Source: an uncultured Clostridia bacterium
GTDB taxonomy: Bacteria; Bacillota; Clostridia; Christensenellales; UBA1242
NCBI GenBank assembly: GCA_947366545.1
Contig: CANBAL010000002.1
Location: forward strand, 14,889 to 78,888
Direction: 5' to 3'
Length of the DNA: 64,000 nucleotides
Position numbers and translations under genes: made by a program. Under the pieces are notes generated by a model. That model did not search any database. It was not told where the DNA came from and saw nothing but the letters and a program-made list of their open reading frames with translations. The first letter of the stretch is position 1. Every line of letters begins with the position of its first letter. Below, one piece after another: positions 35,966 through 47,398 of the stretch.

Positions 35966-36571
35966 TTATTTTTTTCTAGGATTTTGAATTACATTAACAT
36001 GAAATTTTGGTACGCACTGCTTAGTATCTACATATTGTAGTAATTCTTCAAACTTTGTATACCCTGTTACTCGATTAAAATGTCCTGCTGTTTTAGATAT
36101 AATAGTTTTTGCATCTATTAATTTTGCAAATTCTATAAGTTTATCATATTTAACATAAGGGTCATTTTCGGATAAATAACAGACCCGTTCTTTGCACAAA
36201 TCTTTAAACTTTTCTGCTTGATTTGTGTACATGGTGCAGTTGACATTGTCGTAATCTTCGTCAAGTCCGAGCATTTGGTTAAAACCCGAGATCATTATTG
36301 CTTTCCCTATTTTTATATTATTTCTAATACAATATTTGACTAAGAAAATACAAGCGATTGAGTGACAGAAAAATACACTTTCTTCATTAATAAATCTTTT
36401 CACAGAGTTAAGCACCATTTCCCAATTTTGATAGGTTTGTCGGTTTTCTCCCACTGGGAAGTCTAAATTATAGCAACTCCCCCCCCCGCATTTAATTTGA
36501 TTTTCAAGCCATGGAAACCAATGGTCTTGACTGGAACCAAAGCTACCATGAATAATAAAATAATTTTTCAT
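35966..36571 (-). CDS. alpha/beta serine hydrolase (YdeN/RBBP9-like)
   Basis: FIIHGSFGSSQDHWFPWL, nucleophile elbow CHSIAC, C-terminal GHFN. Contains an in-frame G9 tract (codons 29-31). Confidence 0.72.
   Translation of the reverse strand: MKNYFIIHGSFGSSQDHWFPWLENQIKCGGGSCYNLDFPVGENRQTYQNWEMVLNSVKRFINEESVFFCHSIACIFLVKYCIRNNIKIGKAIMISGFNQMLGLDEDYDNVNCTMYTNQAEKFKDLCKERVCYLSENDPYVKYDKLIEFAKLIDAKTIISKTAGHFNRVTGYTKFEELLQYVDTKQCVPKFHVNVIQNPRKK
36479..36487 (-). repeat. G9 homopolymer (sense strand) inside the hydrolase CDS
   Basis: tgc ggg ggg ggg agt encodes C-GGG-S. The flanks CAACT-C9-GC on the plus strand are identical to the promoter tract at 23630-23638. Confidence 0.95.
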
Positions 36572-36786
36572 TTTTCCTCCTTATTTTTCTTCCTAAAAAA
36601 GGAAACTATACATAGCGCAAATGGAATGGCACATACGCCTATAATAAGCGGCGTCAATGGGACAAGTAGTCCCCTTAATTCAAACACATCTACCCCACAA
36701 GCATCAAGAATAGGAATATACGCAAAACTTATACCTATAAGTCCTAACGACAATACTGTTAAAACAATTTTCCAAAAAAGTTTCAT
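36568..36786 (-). CDS. hypothetical small membrane protein
   Basis: 72 aa, two TM helices, ATGA overlap with the hydrolase gene. Confidence 0.45.
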   Translation of the reverse strand: MKLFWKIVLTVLSLGLIGISFAYIPILDACGVDVFELRGLLVPLTPLIIGVCAIPFALCIVSFFRKKNKEEK

Positions 36787-36790
36787 TATT

Positions 36791-37369
36791 TTAGAACCTT
36801 GCGATGTATCTATATAATATCTGAATCCATTCTGTTCTTGGATGAAAAAGTCCTTGATCCGCCATTTCCTTTATTTCGAAAATTGTAGCATATCGTACAT
36901 CTTCAACTTCATTTTTCTGTATATGAATGTCTTCAAGTGGTACATTCAAGTTGTATATGAAGAAATCGTAGAACTGGTTTTCTATGAAATTATCAGCTAA
37001 CGACAACTGGTTTCGGAAGGAGCCCATAAATCGAAAGTCGCGAACGCCAACTTTTTTAGGCAACATATAACCTAATTCTTCCATAATTTCGGTCGCGGCA
37101 CAACTTACACTATCTTGACCAAATGGAACATGTCCTGCGGTTGATAAATCCCAAAGTCCCGGAAACTTTTCTTTTGTTTTTGCACGCTTTTGAATAAGTA
37201 TTTTGTTTTCGTCATTAACTATGGCAACAATAATTGCACGATGCCATAAACCAGTTTTATGAACTTCACCCCTAGTGGCAGGACGATTTGTGCCTACACC
37301 ATTTTCATTAACAACTTCTAAGAGTTCCCCACCCTGTTCATAGTGTATTTTGTCTATTAGATTCTCCAT
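36791..37369 (-). CDS. Nudix hydrolase
   Basis: Nudix box GHVPFGQDSVSCAATEIMEELG. Confidence 0.85.
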   Translation of the reverse strand: MENLIDKIHYEQGGELLEVVNENGVGTNRPATRGEVHKTGLWHRAIIVAIVNDENKILIQKRAKTKEKFPGLWDLSTAGHVPFGQDSVSCAATEIMEELGYMLPKKVGVRDFRFMGSFRNQLSLADNFIENQFYDFFIYNLNVPLEDIHIQKNEVEDVRYATIFEIKEMADQGLFHPRTEWIQILYRYIARF

Positions 37370-37400
37370 CTTGTCTCCTTATTGAAGTATAGGTTTGCAC

Positions 37401-38987
37401 TTATTTTGCTATATCACTAAATCTTGATTCGCGGATTACATTTACCTTAATTTGTCCTGGATATTGCATTTCATTTTCAATACGCTTTGCAATATCTTTG
37501 GCAAGGTACATTGCATCATTATCGCTGATCTCTTCAGGTTTAACAATAATACGAACCTCTCTGCCCGCTTGGATTGCATAAGACTTATCTACGCCCTTGA
37601 AACTATTGGAAATCTCTTCAAGTTGCTGTAAGCGTTTGATATAGTTTTCAAAGCTTTCTCTTCTTGCACCTGGGCGTGAACTTGAAATTGCGTCTGCCAC
37701 TTGTACGATGATTGCCTCAATACTATGGAATGGAACATTGCCATGGTGAGCCTCAATACAGTGAATTACCTCAGGGCTTTCCTTATACTTCTTGGCAAGG
37801 TCTACGCCGATAGTAACATGGGTACCTTCGATTTCATGGTCAAGTGCCTTACCAATATCGTGGAGGAATCCTCCGCGTTTTGCAATGGTGGCGTTTGCAC
37901 CAAGTTCGCTTGCTATCATGCCGGCAAGGAGTGCGGTTTCAATGCTATGTTTAAGGCAGTTTTGGCCATAGCTTGTCCTATATTTAAGTCTGCCCATAAT
38001 CTTAACGAGTTCTGGGTGGAGATTGTAGATTGCCACCTCGTTGCAAGCATTATCGCCGGCTTCTTTAATTGTCTTTTCAACTTCCTTGGTTGCTTTCTCA
38101 ACAACCTCTTCCACTCTTGTTGGATGGATTCTACCATCTACAATAAGTTTTTCAAGAGACAGTCTTGCAATCTCTCTTCTAATTGGGTCAAAACTTGAAA
38201 TAGTGATTGCTTCTGGTGTATCGTCAACTATAAGTTCTACCCCCGTTACACTTTCGATTGAGCGGATATTTCTGCCCTCTCTACCAATAATCCTTCCCTT
38301 CATTTCGTCATTTGGAAGAGCCACTGTGGTCACCGTCATCTCACTTGAAAGGTCGGTGGCGCATTTTTGAATTGCACCCATAACAATTTCTTTTGCGTGA
38401 GTTTCTGCGTTTTCTCTTGCTTCATCTTCAATTTGCTTTACAAGTACGCCGGCGTCTTTCTTAGCCTCTTCTGTAATGGAAGAAATTAAAACATCTTTTG
38501 CCTCTTTCTTGCTCATGCCAGAAATCTTTTCAAGTTTTTCAAGCATATCTTCTTTGATTTTATTATGCTCTTCAATTTGATTTGCGATCTTTGTACGCTC
38601 ATTTTCAAGGGCATTACGCTCTTTATCAATCTGTTCGAGTTTGGTATCTACAGAAGATTCCTTCTTCGACACATACTCCTCTCTTTGTGACAGACGCTCT
38701 TCCATTTTCTGAATCTCATTGCGTCTTTCTTTTGCCTCGACATTGGCATCATCTTTAATCTTTTGTGCTTCTTCTTTTGCTTCTAGAATGCTTTCTTTTT
38801 TGATAGTCTTCGCTTCTGCGTATGCCTCTTCAATAATCTTAACGGCATTGGATTTGCTTTTTCCAATTTTCTTTGTTGCGATTAATTTATATAATAAAAT
38901 GCCCGCACCTACACCAACTATGGCGCAAGCAATTCCTATAACGGCGGCAATAGCAGGAGCAACACTACATAACATGCTTATGCTCAT
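37401..38987 (-). CDS. rny: ribonuclease Y
   Basis: N-terminal TM, coiled coil, KH domain ([12 protein letters not shown]), HD domain ([12 protein letters not shown]). Confidence 0.95.
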   Translation of the reverse strand: MSISMLCSVAPAIAAVIGIACAIVGVGAGILLYKLIATKKIGKSKSNAVKIIEEAYAEAKTIKKESILEAKEEAQKIKDDANVEAKERRNEIQKMEERLSQREEYVSKKESSVDTKLEQIDKERNALENERTKIANQIEEHNKIKEDMLEKLEKISGMSKKEAKDVLISSITEEAKKDAGVLVKQIEDEARENAETHAKEIVMGAIQKCATDLSSEMTVTTVALPNDEMKGRIIGREGRNIRSIESVTGVELIVDDTPEAITISSFDPIRREIARLSLEKLIVDGRIHPTRVEEVVEKATKEVEKTIKEAGDNACNEVAIYNLHPELVKIMGRLKYRTSYGQNCLKHSIETALLAGMIASELGANATIAKRGGFLHDIGKALDHEIEGTHVTIGVDLAKKYKESPEVIHCIEAHHGNVPFHSIEAIIVQVADAISSSRPGARRESFENYIKRLQQLEEISNSFKGVDKSYAIQAGREVRIIVKPEEISDNDAMYLAKDIAKRIENEMQYPGQIKVNVIRESRFSDIAK

Positions 38988-39098
38988 ACTTTTCCCCTTT
39001 TAATAGTAGCGATAAACTACTACTTTGATTATACACTAATTTCATTTTTTAAGTCAAATGAATTATATATATTACAATAAAAAAAGTGGCGTTGCCAC

Positions 39099-39452
39099 TT
39101 ATTCGCTTTCACTTGGTCTTTTAGCAAGATAATTTGGTGCTTTATATTCTTTTGTCTCGGGATTGAAGAGCACTGATTTATGATTGCGGATTTTTACATC
39201 TGCCCAGTTATCTTCTCTAAGTGATGAAATATCAAGGAACCTTTCTTCGCAAAGTTCCCATGTGTTTACATTGAAAAAGGTCCAACCGTCACTTAGTTTA
39301 ACGATAGCCCAACCGGATTCATTTGGTGTGTAACCTTCCTCAAAGAGTTTTGGTATTTCTTCCCCAGTAATTTTATTATAAAAAGAAAAGCCTTCCTCAT
39401 CTTCTACGCATCCCCAGCCTGCTTTATTCGGATAATAATATTTTCTGTTCAT
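39099..39452 (-). CDS. hypothetical WG-repeat protein
   Basis: 117 aa from ATG 39452 (RBS AAAGGAG). Repeated GW motifs (KAGWGCV, ESGWAIV, SDGWTFF). Ends ...RPSESE. Confidence 0.55.
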   Translation of the reverse strand: MNRKYYYPNKAGWGCVEDEEGFSFYNKITGEEIPKLFEEGYTPNESGWAIVKLSDGWTFFNVNTWELCEERFLDISSLREDNWADVKIRNHKSVLFNPETKEYKAPNYLAKRPSESE

Positions 39453-39526
39453 TTTTTGCTCCTTTGAATGACTAAATTGTAGCATAGAAAACCTACAATG
39501 TCAATATGGAAAATAAATAATAGCAC

Positions 39527-40715
<1,189 letters not shown>

Positions 40716-40724
40716 ATCTTGTAA

Positions 40725-41771
40725 TTATTCTTTATTTATGTAAAAATTGCTATCTCCAAAACTGAAGAAACGATATCTTTCTTTTACCGCTACATTATAA
40801 ATTCTCATGGTTTCATCATATCCTAAAAATGCGGCAACAAGCATTATAAGTGTGCTTTCTGGTAGGTGAAAATTGGTTATAAGTCCATCTACCACCTTAA
40901 ATTTATAACCGGGATAGATAAATATTTTTGTGTCTGTTTTCTGTGGGTGAATAATGCCCTGCTCATCTGCCGTACTCTCAAGCACCCTCACAGAGGTGGT
41001 GCCTACTGCAATGATGCGTCTTCCCTCTTTTTTGGCTTGATTGAGGAGTTTTGCGTTTTCCTCACTCATTTCGATGTATTCGCTATGCATATCATGATTT
41101 AAAATGTTATCTTCTTTAACTGGACGGAAGGTGCCAAGCCCGACATGAAGAAGAACTTCAACTATTTCTACACCCTTCGCTTTGATTTTTTCAAGAAGGG
41201 CAGGCGTGAAATGTAATCCTGCTGTTGGAGCGGCCGAAGAGCCCTCTATTTTAGAGTAAACCGTTTGGTATCTTTCCTTATCTTTTAATTTTTCATGTAT
41301 GTATGGTGGAAGTGGCATTGTGCCCACCTCGCTTAAGCGATGCTCAAAGGTGCCAACAAAATCAAATTCAATTAGACAACTGCCATAGTCATATTTTTCA
41401 AGTATAGTACAACTAAGTTTTTCGCTGAAAGTGATTTTTGTCCTCTCTTTAAGTCTTTTGAAAGGTTTTGCAATCACCTCCCATTTTTTAAGGTCAAGGC
41501 GTTTTTGCAGAAGTATCTCAATTTTTGCGCCCGTGTCTTTATAGCCAAAAAGCCTTGCTGGCAGAACGCGAGTGTTGTTTATAACAAGCACATCCCCTTT
41601 TTTGAGATAGTCCACAATATCATAAAAATGCTTATGTTCAATTTTGTCACTTTTCTTATGATAAACGAGGAGTCTAGAATTATCTCTTGGCTCTACCGGC
41701 GTCTGTGCTATGAGTTCCTCTGGCAAGTCATAATAGTAGGAACTTTTTAAAAGTAAATCTTTTTCTTTCAT
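40725..41771 (-). CDS. queA: S-adenosylmethionine:tRNA ribosyltransferase-isomerase
   Basis: YDLPEELIAQTPVEPRD, TAGLHFT, AVGTTSVRVLES. Confidence 0.97.
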   Translation of the reverse strand: MKEKDLLLKSSYYYDLPEELIAQTPVEPRDNSRLLVYHKKSDKIEHKHFYDIVDYLKKGDVLVINNTRVLPARLFGYKDTGAKIEILLQKRLDLKKWEVIAKPFKRLKERTKITFSEKLSCTILEKYDYGSCLIEFDFVGTFEHRLSEVGTMPLPPYIHEKLKDKERYQTVYSKIEGSSAAPTAGLHFTPALLEKIKAKGVEIVEVLLHVGLGTFRPVKEDNILNHDMHSEYIEMSEENAKLLNQAKKEGRRIIAVGTTSVRVLESTADEQGIIHPQKTDTKIFIYPGYKFKVVDGLITNFHLPESTLIMLVAAFLGYDETMRIYNVAVKERYRFFSFGDSNFYINKE

Positions 41772-41773
41772 AT

Positions 41774-42352
41774 TTAACTATTTTCTTGATTTAATTTAGG
41801 GTATGTAAACTTGCAGGTTTTTGAATAGATTTTATATGGGGCTTTTGCCCGATAAATTACCCGCTCTTCTTTTGGTATTTGAATTAATTTCTTTGCTCTA
41901 TCCATATGGAAAATTCCTTCCAAATGGTCGAGTTCGTGTGAAAGTACAGTGCATACAAATCCCTCAAAATTAGTTATAAAATCCCCCCCCCGCATATCTT
42001 GATATTTAATCCTCATGGCATAAGGGCGTTCTACAAGTCCAAAATTTAACATCCCGCTAAAACATGCTTCCCAGAATTCAGTTTTTCCGCATTGTGAAAT
42101 TATCTCAGGATTTATAAGTACTAGCCAATCTTTTTCTGGGTTTGGAGAACAATCGCTTGATGTGGATTTTATTACAACAATTCGTTTTGGAATGCCAAGT
42201 TGTATAGATGCCATTGCAAAACAACCATTATGTGTGCGACAATACTCTTTTACAATTTCTACATCTTGTTCAAGATTTTTATCTGGGAAATTCACCTTTG
42301 CTGACTTCTGCCGTAAGAATGCCTCATTTTCTGCGATTGTAATTGCTTCCAT
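41774..42352 (-). CDS. def: peptide deformylase (divergent paralog-like)
   Basis: IQLGIPKR, EACFS (EGCLS-like), HELDHLEG metal site. Contains an in-frame G9 tract. Confidence 0.82.
   Translation of the reverse strand: MEAITIAENEAFLRQKSAKVNFPDKNLEQDVEIVKEYCRTHNGCFAMASIQLGIPKRIVVIKSTSSDCSPNPEKDWLVLINPEIISQCGKTEFWEACFSGMLNFGLVERPYAMRIKYQDMRGGDFITNFEGFVCTVLSHELDHLEGIFHMDRAKKLIQIPKEERVIYRAKAPYKIYSKTCKFTYPKLNQENS
41983..41991 (-). repeat. G9 homopolymer (sense strand) inside def
   Basis: atg cgg ggg ggg gat encodes M-R-G-G-D, upstream of the HELDH motif. Confidence 0.95.
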
Positions 42353-42367
42353 TTTTCTCCTTTTTTA

Positions 42368-42934
42368 TTATTTGGTTAATGCTTTAAAATCAAATGTGAT
42401 TGGTTTTCCATTGGGTATTTCAAATGATAGATAATTGCCATCATTGGGAATGCCTTTAAAGTAACTCATTAAAATACAACCTACTCCACCATGAGATACA
42501 ATTAGTATATCATCATTTGGATGTTGTTTTAATTCATCAAGGAAGTTAAAAACTCTCTTTTCAACCTCCTTTATACTTTCAGCAAGTTTAAATTTTTGTT
42601 TAGAATTTATATTCCAAAACCCTAGAAAATCGAATTCACTTCGTGTCAAACCTTCAAATTCACCAAAATCTCTTTCTATAATTCTTTCATCAATTATTAT
42701 AGGGTTATTTCCTTTATAAATTATGTCGCAAGTCTGTCTTGCCCGCAATAAAGGGCTGCAAAAAACTTTTTTAAACTTTTTTCCTTTAATAGATTCTGCG
42801 GTTTGTTTTGCTTGCTCTATTCCTGTATTGTTTAATGGAAGGTCAACTCTTCCTTGACATTTAGGGTCTTTAATCCCCCCCCCGTTTCTATGTTCATTCC
42901 AGTCGGTTGAGCCATGTCTTACAAAATAGATCAT
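42368..42934 (-). CDS. histidine phosphatase family protein (phosphoglycerate mutase-like)
   Basis: [17 protein letters not shown] motif, VSHGG. Contains an in-frame G9 tract at codons 18-20. Confidence 0.87.
   Translation of the reverse strand: MIYFVRHGSTDWNEHRNGGGIKDPKCQGRVDLPLNNTGIEQAKQTAESIKGKKFKKVFCSPLLRARQTCDIIYKGNNPIIIDERIIERDFGEFEGLTRSEFDFLGFWNINSKQKFKLAESIKEVEKRVFNFLDELKQHPNDDILIVSHGGVGCILMSYFKGIPNDGNYLSFEIPNGKPITFDFKALTK
42875..42883 (-). repeat. G9 homopolymer (sense strand) inside the histidine phosphatase CDS
   Basis: aac ggg ggg ggg att encodes N-GGG-I, within an apparent insertion between the WN and QG family motifs. Confidence 0.95.
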
Positions 42935-43953
42935 AAAAACTCCTTTCCTAGATGTTTATAGGCGGGCTCAAGTGCCACTCTACCGCGTGGAGTGCGTGAG
43001 ATAAAACCAAGTTGAAGAAGATATGGTTCGTATACATCTTCGATTGTGGTTGCATCCTCACTAATGGTTGCAGCAAGTGTGTCAAGACCTACAGGCCCTC
43101 CACCGAATTTGTCAATTATAGAAAGAAGAATCTTTCTATCAATTAGGTCTAGGCCAAGTTCGTCAATTTCCATAATCTTTAAAGTTTTTTCAGCGATTTC
43201 AAGTGTTACTTTGCCCTGTCCTTGTATCTCTGCGTAGTCACGAACGCGTTTTAAAAGTCTATTTGCAATTCTTGGTGTTCCGCGTGAGCGTTTTGCAATT
43301 TCCATACTTGCCTCAGCAGCAATTTCTACGCCTAAGATTTTTGCAGAACGGTCGATGATTACTTTAAGTTCCTCTGGTGAGTATAGTTCAAGTCTACAGA
43401 TAATACCAAATCTATCGCGAAGTGGGTTTGTAAGCATACCTGCCCTTGTGGTTGCACCGATTAGAGTGAAGGGTTTTATTTTCAATCTCATGTTTCGTGC
43501 AGAAGGACCTTTGCCCACGATAAAATCAAGGGCGAAATCTTCCATGGCTGGATACAAAATTTCTTCTACCGATTTATTCAATCTATGTATTTCATCTATG
43601 AAAAGAACATCATTTTGATTGAGGTTTGTTAGTATTGCGGCGAGGTCTGCAGCATGTTCTATTGCAGGTCCTGATGTCACTTTAAATTGTGAGCCAAGTT
43701 CATTTGCGATAATGTGTGAAAGTGTGGTTTTACCAAGTCCTGGAGGGCCATACAAAAGTACATGGTCAAGGCTCTCCTTTCGAGACTTTGCAGCCTTGAT
43801 ATAAACAGACAAACTTTCCTTTACCTTACTTTGCCCGATGTATTCATCAAAAGTGGTTGGGCGAAGTGAGTTTTCAATTTCGGCATCAGTGAGATTTTTC
43901 ATGCTTGTTATAAATCTGCTGTCTGCCACTTGATCTTTATTGCTTTCTATCAT
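42931..43953 (-). CDS. ruvB: Holliday junction helicase RuvB
   Basis: Walker [10 protein letters not shown], Walker [10 protein letters not shown], sensor and winged-helix C-terminus. Confidence 0.97.
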   Translation of the reverse strand: MIESNKDQVADSRFITSMKNLTDAEIENSLRPTTFDEYIGQSKVKESLSVYIKAAKSRKESLDHVLLYGPPGLGKTTLSHIIANELGSQFKVTSGPAIEHAADLAAILTNLNQNDVLFIDEIHRLNKSVEEILYPAMEDFALDFIVGKGPSARNMRLKIKPFTLIGATTRAGMLTNPLRDRFGIICRLELYSPEELKVIIDRSAKILGVEIAAEASMEIAKRSRGTPRIANRLLKRVRDYAEIQGQGKVTLEIAEKTLKIMEIDELGLDLIDRKILLSIIDKFGGGPVGLDTLAATISEDATTIEDVYEPYLLQLGFISRTPRGRVALEPAYKHLGKEFL

Positions 43954-44537
43954 GACCTATACCCCCTTAATGCTTTAGATATAATTTCTTCGGCGGTGGC
44001 CGACTCGCTGGCATTTGCCCTTGCAAGCATATATGCCTCATTCTTGCTTATTCCAAGAGAAATCAAAGTTTGTGTTGCAAGTTCTACCGCACTTTCATCA
44101 AAGGTATTGTCATAAGTGGTGTCGGTTTGAAGTGCAAGATCAATTTTATCTTTAAGTTCAAGGCATACTCTTTCTGCTGTCTTTTTGCCAAGGCCTTTTA
44201 TTGTGGAAAGAAGTTTAACATCCTCTTTTTTGATAGCCACTGTAAGATCATTAAGATTAAGCCCAGATAAGATTGCTATGGCAAGTTTTGGGCCTACTCC
44301 GCTTACTGTTATAAGTTTTAAAAATAGTTCCTTTTCCTCTTGTGTGGAAAAGCCAAATAGAAATACTCCGTCCTCCCGTACAGCCATATAGGATAGCACT
44401 TTACAAGTGTCGCCTACATGAGGAAGGCTTGTTAATGTATTGTTAGATACTGCAAGTTCGTAACCAATCCCTCCGACATCCAAGGTGAGCATCCCCTCTT
44501 TCTTCTCTTCAATTATTCCTCTTAAAGATGAAATCAT
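43950..44537 (-). CDS. ruvA: Holliday junction DNA-binding protein RuvA
   Basis: [12 protein letters not shown]..., HhH motifs ([24 protein letters not shown]). Confidence 0.93.
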   Translation of the reverse strand: MISSLRGIIEEKKEGMLTLDVGGIGYELAVSNNTLTSLPHVGDTCKVLSYMAVREDGVFLFGFSTQEEKELFLKLITVSGVGPKLAIAILSGLNLNDLTVAIKKEDVKLLSTIKGLGKKTAERVCLELKDKIDLALQTDTTYDNTFDESAVELATQTLISLGISKNEAYMLARANASESATAEEIISKALRGYRS

Positions 44538-44547
44538 TTTATCTCCT

Positions 44548-44590
44548 TTAGATTTCTCCGCGACGCCTTCGGCTTTGGTCGAAATGACAT
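44548..44590 (+). repeat. REP-like intergenic hairpin repeat, copy b
   Basis: TTAGATTTCTCCG-[GCC-ttcg-GGC]-TTTGGTCGAAATGACA between ruvC and ruvA. Confidence 0.85.
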
Positions 44591-44600
44591 TTACAAATGT

Positions 44601-45092
44601 CTAGCGCGCTTGATTTTGATTTAGTGCATTGCTTGTTTGACTATGGCATATGGCCACTGCAAGTGCATCAGCGGCATCATCAGGTTTTGGAACAGAATTT
44701 AACCCAAGTATTGCTTTTACCATGTATTGCACCTGCGCTTTTTCTGCACGGCCATGACCTGTTAGTGCTTGCTTTATTTGAAGTGGTGTGTATTCGTAAA
44801 TCTTCCCACAATATTTTTGGCAGGCAAGTATGATAACTCCCCTTGCTTGTGCCACTTGAATTACAGTTTTTTGGTTTTTGAAATAAAAGAGCTCCTCTAT
44901 TGCAACCACTTCAGGTTTATATTTATCGAATAAAAATTTTAAGTTCTCCTCTATCTCTTGTAGTCGTTCTGGGAAACTAGCCTCTTTTGGAGTTGTGATA
45001 GCACCGTAATCTAGTACCATGTTTGGTTTTTCAGTGTCAATTACGCCATAACCTATAATTCCGTATCCTGGGTCTATTCCTAATATTATCAT
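44601..45092 (-). CDS. ruvC: crossover junction endodeoxyribonuclease RuvC
   Basis: MIILGIDPGYGIIGYGV, AIEELFY, DAADALAVAICH catalytic acidic residues. Confidence 0.95.
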   Translation of the reverse strand: MIILGIDPGYGIIGYGVIDTEKPNMVLDYGAITTPKEASFPERLQEIEENLKFLFDKYKPEVVAIEELFYFKNQKTVIQVAQARGVIILACQKYCGKIYEYTPLQIKQALTGHGRAEKAQVQYMVKAILGLNSVPKPDDAADALAVAICHSQTSNALNQNQAR

Positions 45093-45169
45093 AGTTAAAT
45101 TTTACAACACATCATGAAACAAAGTCAAACAAAAAAGAGAGCAATACGCCCTCTATATAAAAGTAAAAG

Positions 45170-45859
45170 TTATTTTATTCTATTAATTATTAAATCTTCA
45201 ACTATTAGTTTCTTACTGGTAAAGATGTTCTCATAGATAATTTCGGCCAAGTCTTTTGCTGGCATAAAAGAGGCTTGTTTTTCTTTTGAAATATAATCTC
45301 TACTATTTTTATAAAAATTTGTATTAATGCCACCGGGGTATATTCCATATATTTGTACATTTGTGCCGTTATATGCAGACTTTAAACTCTCAGTATAACC
45401 GCGCTCTCCCCACTTTGTAGCACAATAAACGCTTTCCTGTTTGTTGCCTCTTAGGGCTGCTGATGACATTATATTTATAATTTTTCCGCCAGTTTTTTCC
45501 ATAGTTTTTAAGGCGTTGGCGGATAATAGAATCATACCTTTTAATCCCTCAAAGCACAAATCAATATCTTTTAATGTGTATTCAGTTGGTATTTTAAATG
45601 AAGAGGCTCCAGCACAGTTAACTAAGCAAAGAATTGCACCAATTTTATTTACTTCTTTAATTGTCTTCTTTACAAAACTTTCGTTTGAAATATCTCCTGC
45701 AAAATCTTTGTAATTTTTAGTAAAAGCTTTTCTTAATTTTAAAAGCGTTTTTTCATCTTTGTCTATATTGCAAACAAAATAATCATTGCTTAAAAAAGTT
45801 TTAACAAGTTCCAACCCAAGTCCACTAGCACCGCCAGATATAATGACAACTCCTTTCAT
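45170..45859 (-). CDS. short-chain dehydrogenase/reductase (SDR)
   Basis: VIISGGASGLGLE, NCAG, YCATK catalytic motif. Confidence 0.85.
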   Translation of the reverse strand: MKGVVIISGGASGLGLELVKTFLSNDYFVCNIDKDEKTLLKLRKAFTKNYKDFAGDISNESFVKKTIKEVNKIGAILCLVNCAGASSFKIPTEYTLKDIDLCFEGLKGMILLSANALKTMEKTGGKIINIMSSAALRGNKQESVYCATKWGERGYTESLKSAYNGTNVQIYGIYPGGINTNFYKNSRDYISKEKQASFMPAKDLAEIIYENIFTSKKLIVEDLIINRIK

Positions 45860-45874
45860 ATTTATCCCCCTTAT

Positions 45875-46606
45875 TTATTCTTCATCTGGAAGATTCACAT
45901 TGTGGTAAACTTCTTGGACATCATCAAGATCTTCAAGTGTATCTATCATACGATTGAAAGATACAAGTTTTTCTGGTGCAAGGTCAACATAATTGTCTGG
46001 CACCATGGTAACCTCTTGAGATTCAACGCTATAACCTGCTTTTGTAAGTGCCTCTGCCACGCGTGTGCAGTCATTTGGCTCAGTGATAATTTCAAGTGAG
46101 TCATCATATTCAACAACATCTTTCGCGCCAGCGTCGAGTGCCTCAAGCATAACTTCGTCGGCATTTACTCCTTCGTTTGAAACAGAAATAACGCCCTTTC
46201 TTTGGAAAAGATAGGAAACGCAACCATTTGCCCCTAAACTGCCACCAAATTTATCAAAAGCATGGCGAACATCGCCTGCAGTTCTATTTTTATTATCTGT
46301 AAGGCATTCTACAATGACTGCAGAGCCACCTGCGCCATAGCCTTCATAAGTGCAGTTTTCATAATTTACACCAGAAAGCTCACCAGCCGCCTTTTTTATA
46401 CTACGCTCGATTGAGTCGTTTGGCATATTATTTTGTTTTGCCTTGGCTATAACATCACGAAGGCGTGGGTTTGAAACGGGATCAGAGCCGCCAGCCTTAA
46501 CTACAACTGCGATTTCCCTTCCTATTTTTGTAAACACCTTACCTCTTGCGGCGTCACTTTTTCCTTTTCTTGCTTGAATATTATGCCATTTTGAATGTCC
46601 TGACAT
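45875..46606 (-). CDS. yebC: YebC/PmpR family DNA-binding regulator
   Basis: MSGHSKWHNIQARKGKSDAARGKVFTK, the hallmark N-terminus. Confidence 0.95.
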   Translation of the reverse strand: MSGHSKWHNIQARKGKSDAARGKVFTKIGREIAVVVKAGGSDPVSNPRLRDVIAKAKQNNMPNDSIERSIKKAAGELSGVNYENCTYEGYGAGGSAVIVECLTDNKNRTAGDVRHAFDKFGGSLGANGCVSYLFQRKGVISVSNEGVNADEVMLEALDAGAKDVVEYDDSLEIITEPNDCTRVAEALTKAGYSVESQEVTMVPDNYVDLAPEKLVSFNRMIDTLEDLDDVQEVYHNVNLPDEE

Positions 46607-46646
46607 TTTTTCCTCCTATTTGTATTTAAAGTACCATGTTTATTCC

Positions 46647-47375
46647 CTATTTGTCAAACAAATCCTTGGCAATTTGATACATAATTATTGAGCCGCTGGT
46701 CGCTACATTTAGGCTTTCTACCTCTTTTTCCATTGGTATGCTGACAGTAAGGGTGCATAACTTAGATATTTCATCGCTGATGCCATTTCCTTCGTTACCC
46801 ATAACTACACCGACAGGCTGAGTGAAGGACTTTTTGAAAATATTTTCCCCGTGCATATCTGCTTTAAGCAGGCATAACTGCCATTTTGAAGCAAGTTCAA
46901 TAAATTTTTCGCGGGGTACTTCATATATTTTTTCATCAAAGATTGTTCCAACGCTGCTGCGAACAAGTTTTGAGTTGCGAACAGATACGCAGTCAAGCAT
47001 AAATATACTTTTAAAGCCGCAGGCACAAGCAGTCCTAATAAGAGTGCCGGCATTGCCTGGGTCTTGAATGCCGTCAAGCACTAAGAAATTGGTGGTTGGC
47101 TTTTCTACCATATGTTGTATGTATTCTGCAACGCATACTACTCCTTGTGGGGTTACGGTGTCGGCTAACATTTTTATTGTGGTGCTGTCCGTTTTATAAA
47201 CATGGTACTTTTCACCCCAAATATTTAGTTTTTCATCGTCTACTAATATGTAAAGAGGCTTTACACCCTTTGCTATGGCGTCTTTAATTATTTTTAGGTT
47301 ATCCAAAAAAAGGAGACTCGTCTCTTTCTTTAATCTCCTTAACTCTTTTATTAAAGAATTAGTGGCTTTTTCCAT
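46647..47375 (-). CDS. TrmH/SpoU family RNA 2'-O-methyltransferase
   Basis: LDGIQDPGNAGTLIRTA, VMGNEGNGIS, SLNVATSGSIIMY. Confidence 0.85.
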   Translation of the reverse strand: MEKATNSLIKELRRLKKETSLLFLDNLKIIKDAIAKGVKPLYILVDDEKLNIWGEKYHVYKTDSTTIKMLADTVTPQGVVCVAEYIQHMVEKPTTNFLVLDGIQDPGNAGTLIRTACACGFKSIFMLDCVSVRNSKLVRSSVGTIFDEKIYEVPREKFIELASKWQLCLLKADMHGENIFKKSFTQPVGVVMGNEGNGISDEISKLCTLTVSIPMEKEVESLNVATSGSIIMYQIAKDLFDK

Positions 47376-47398
47376 AGACTCCCCTTTTTTTGTGTGTT

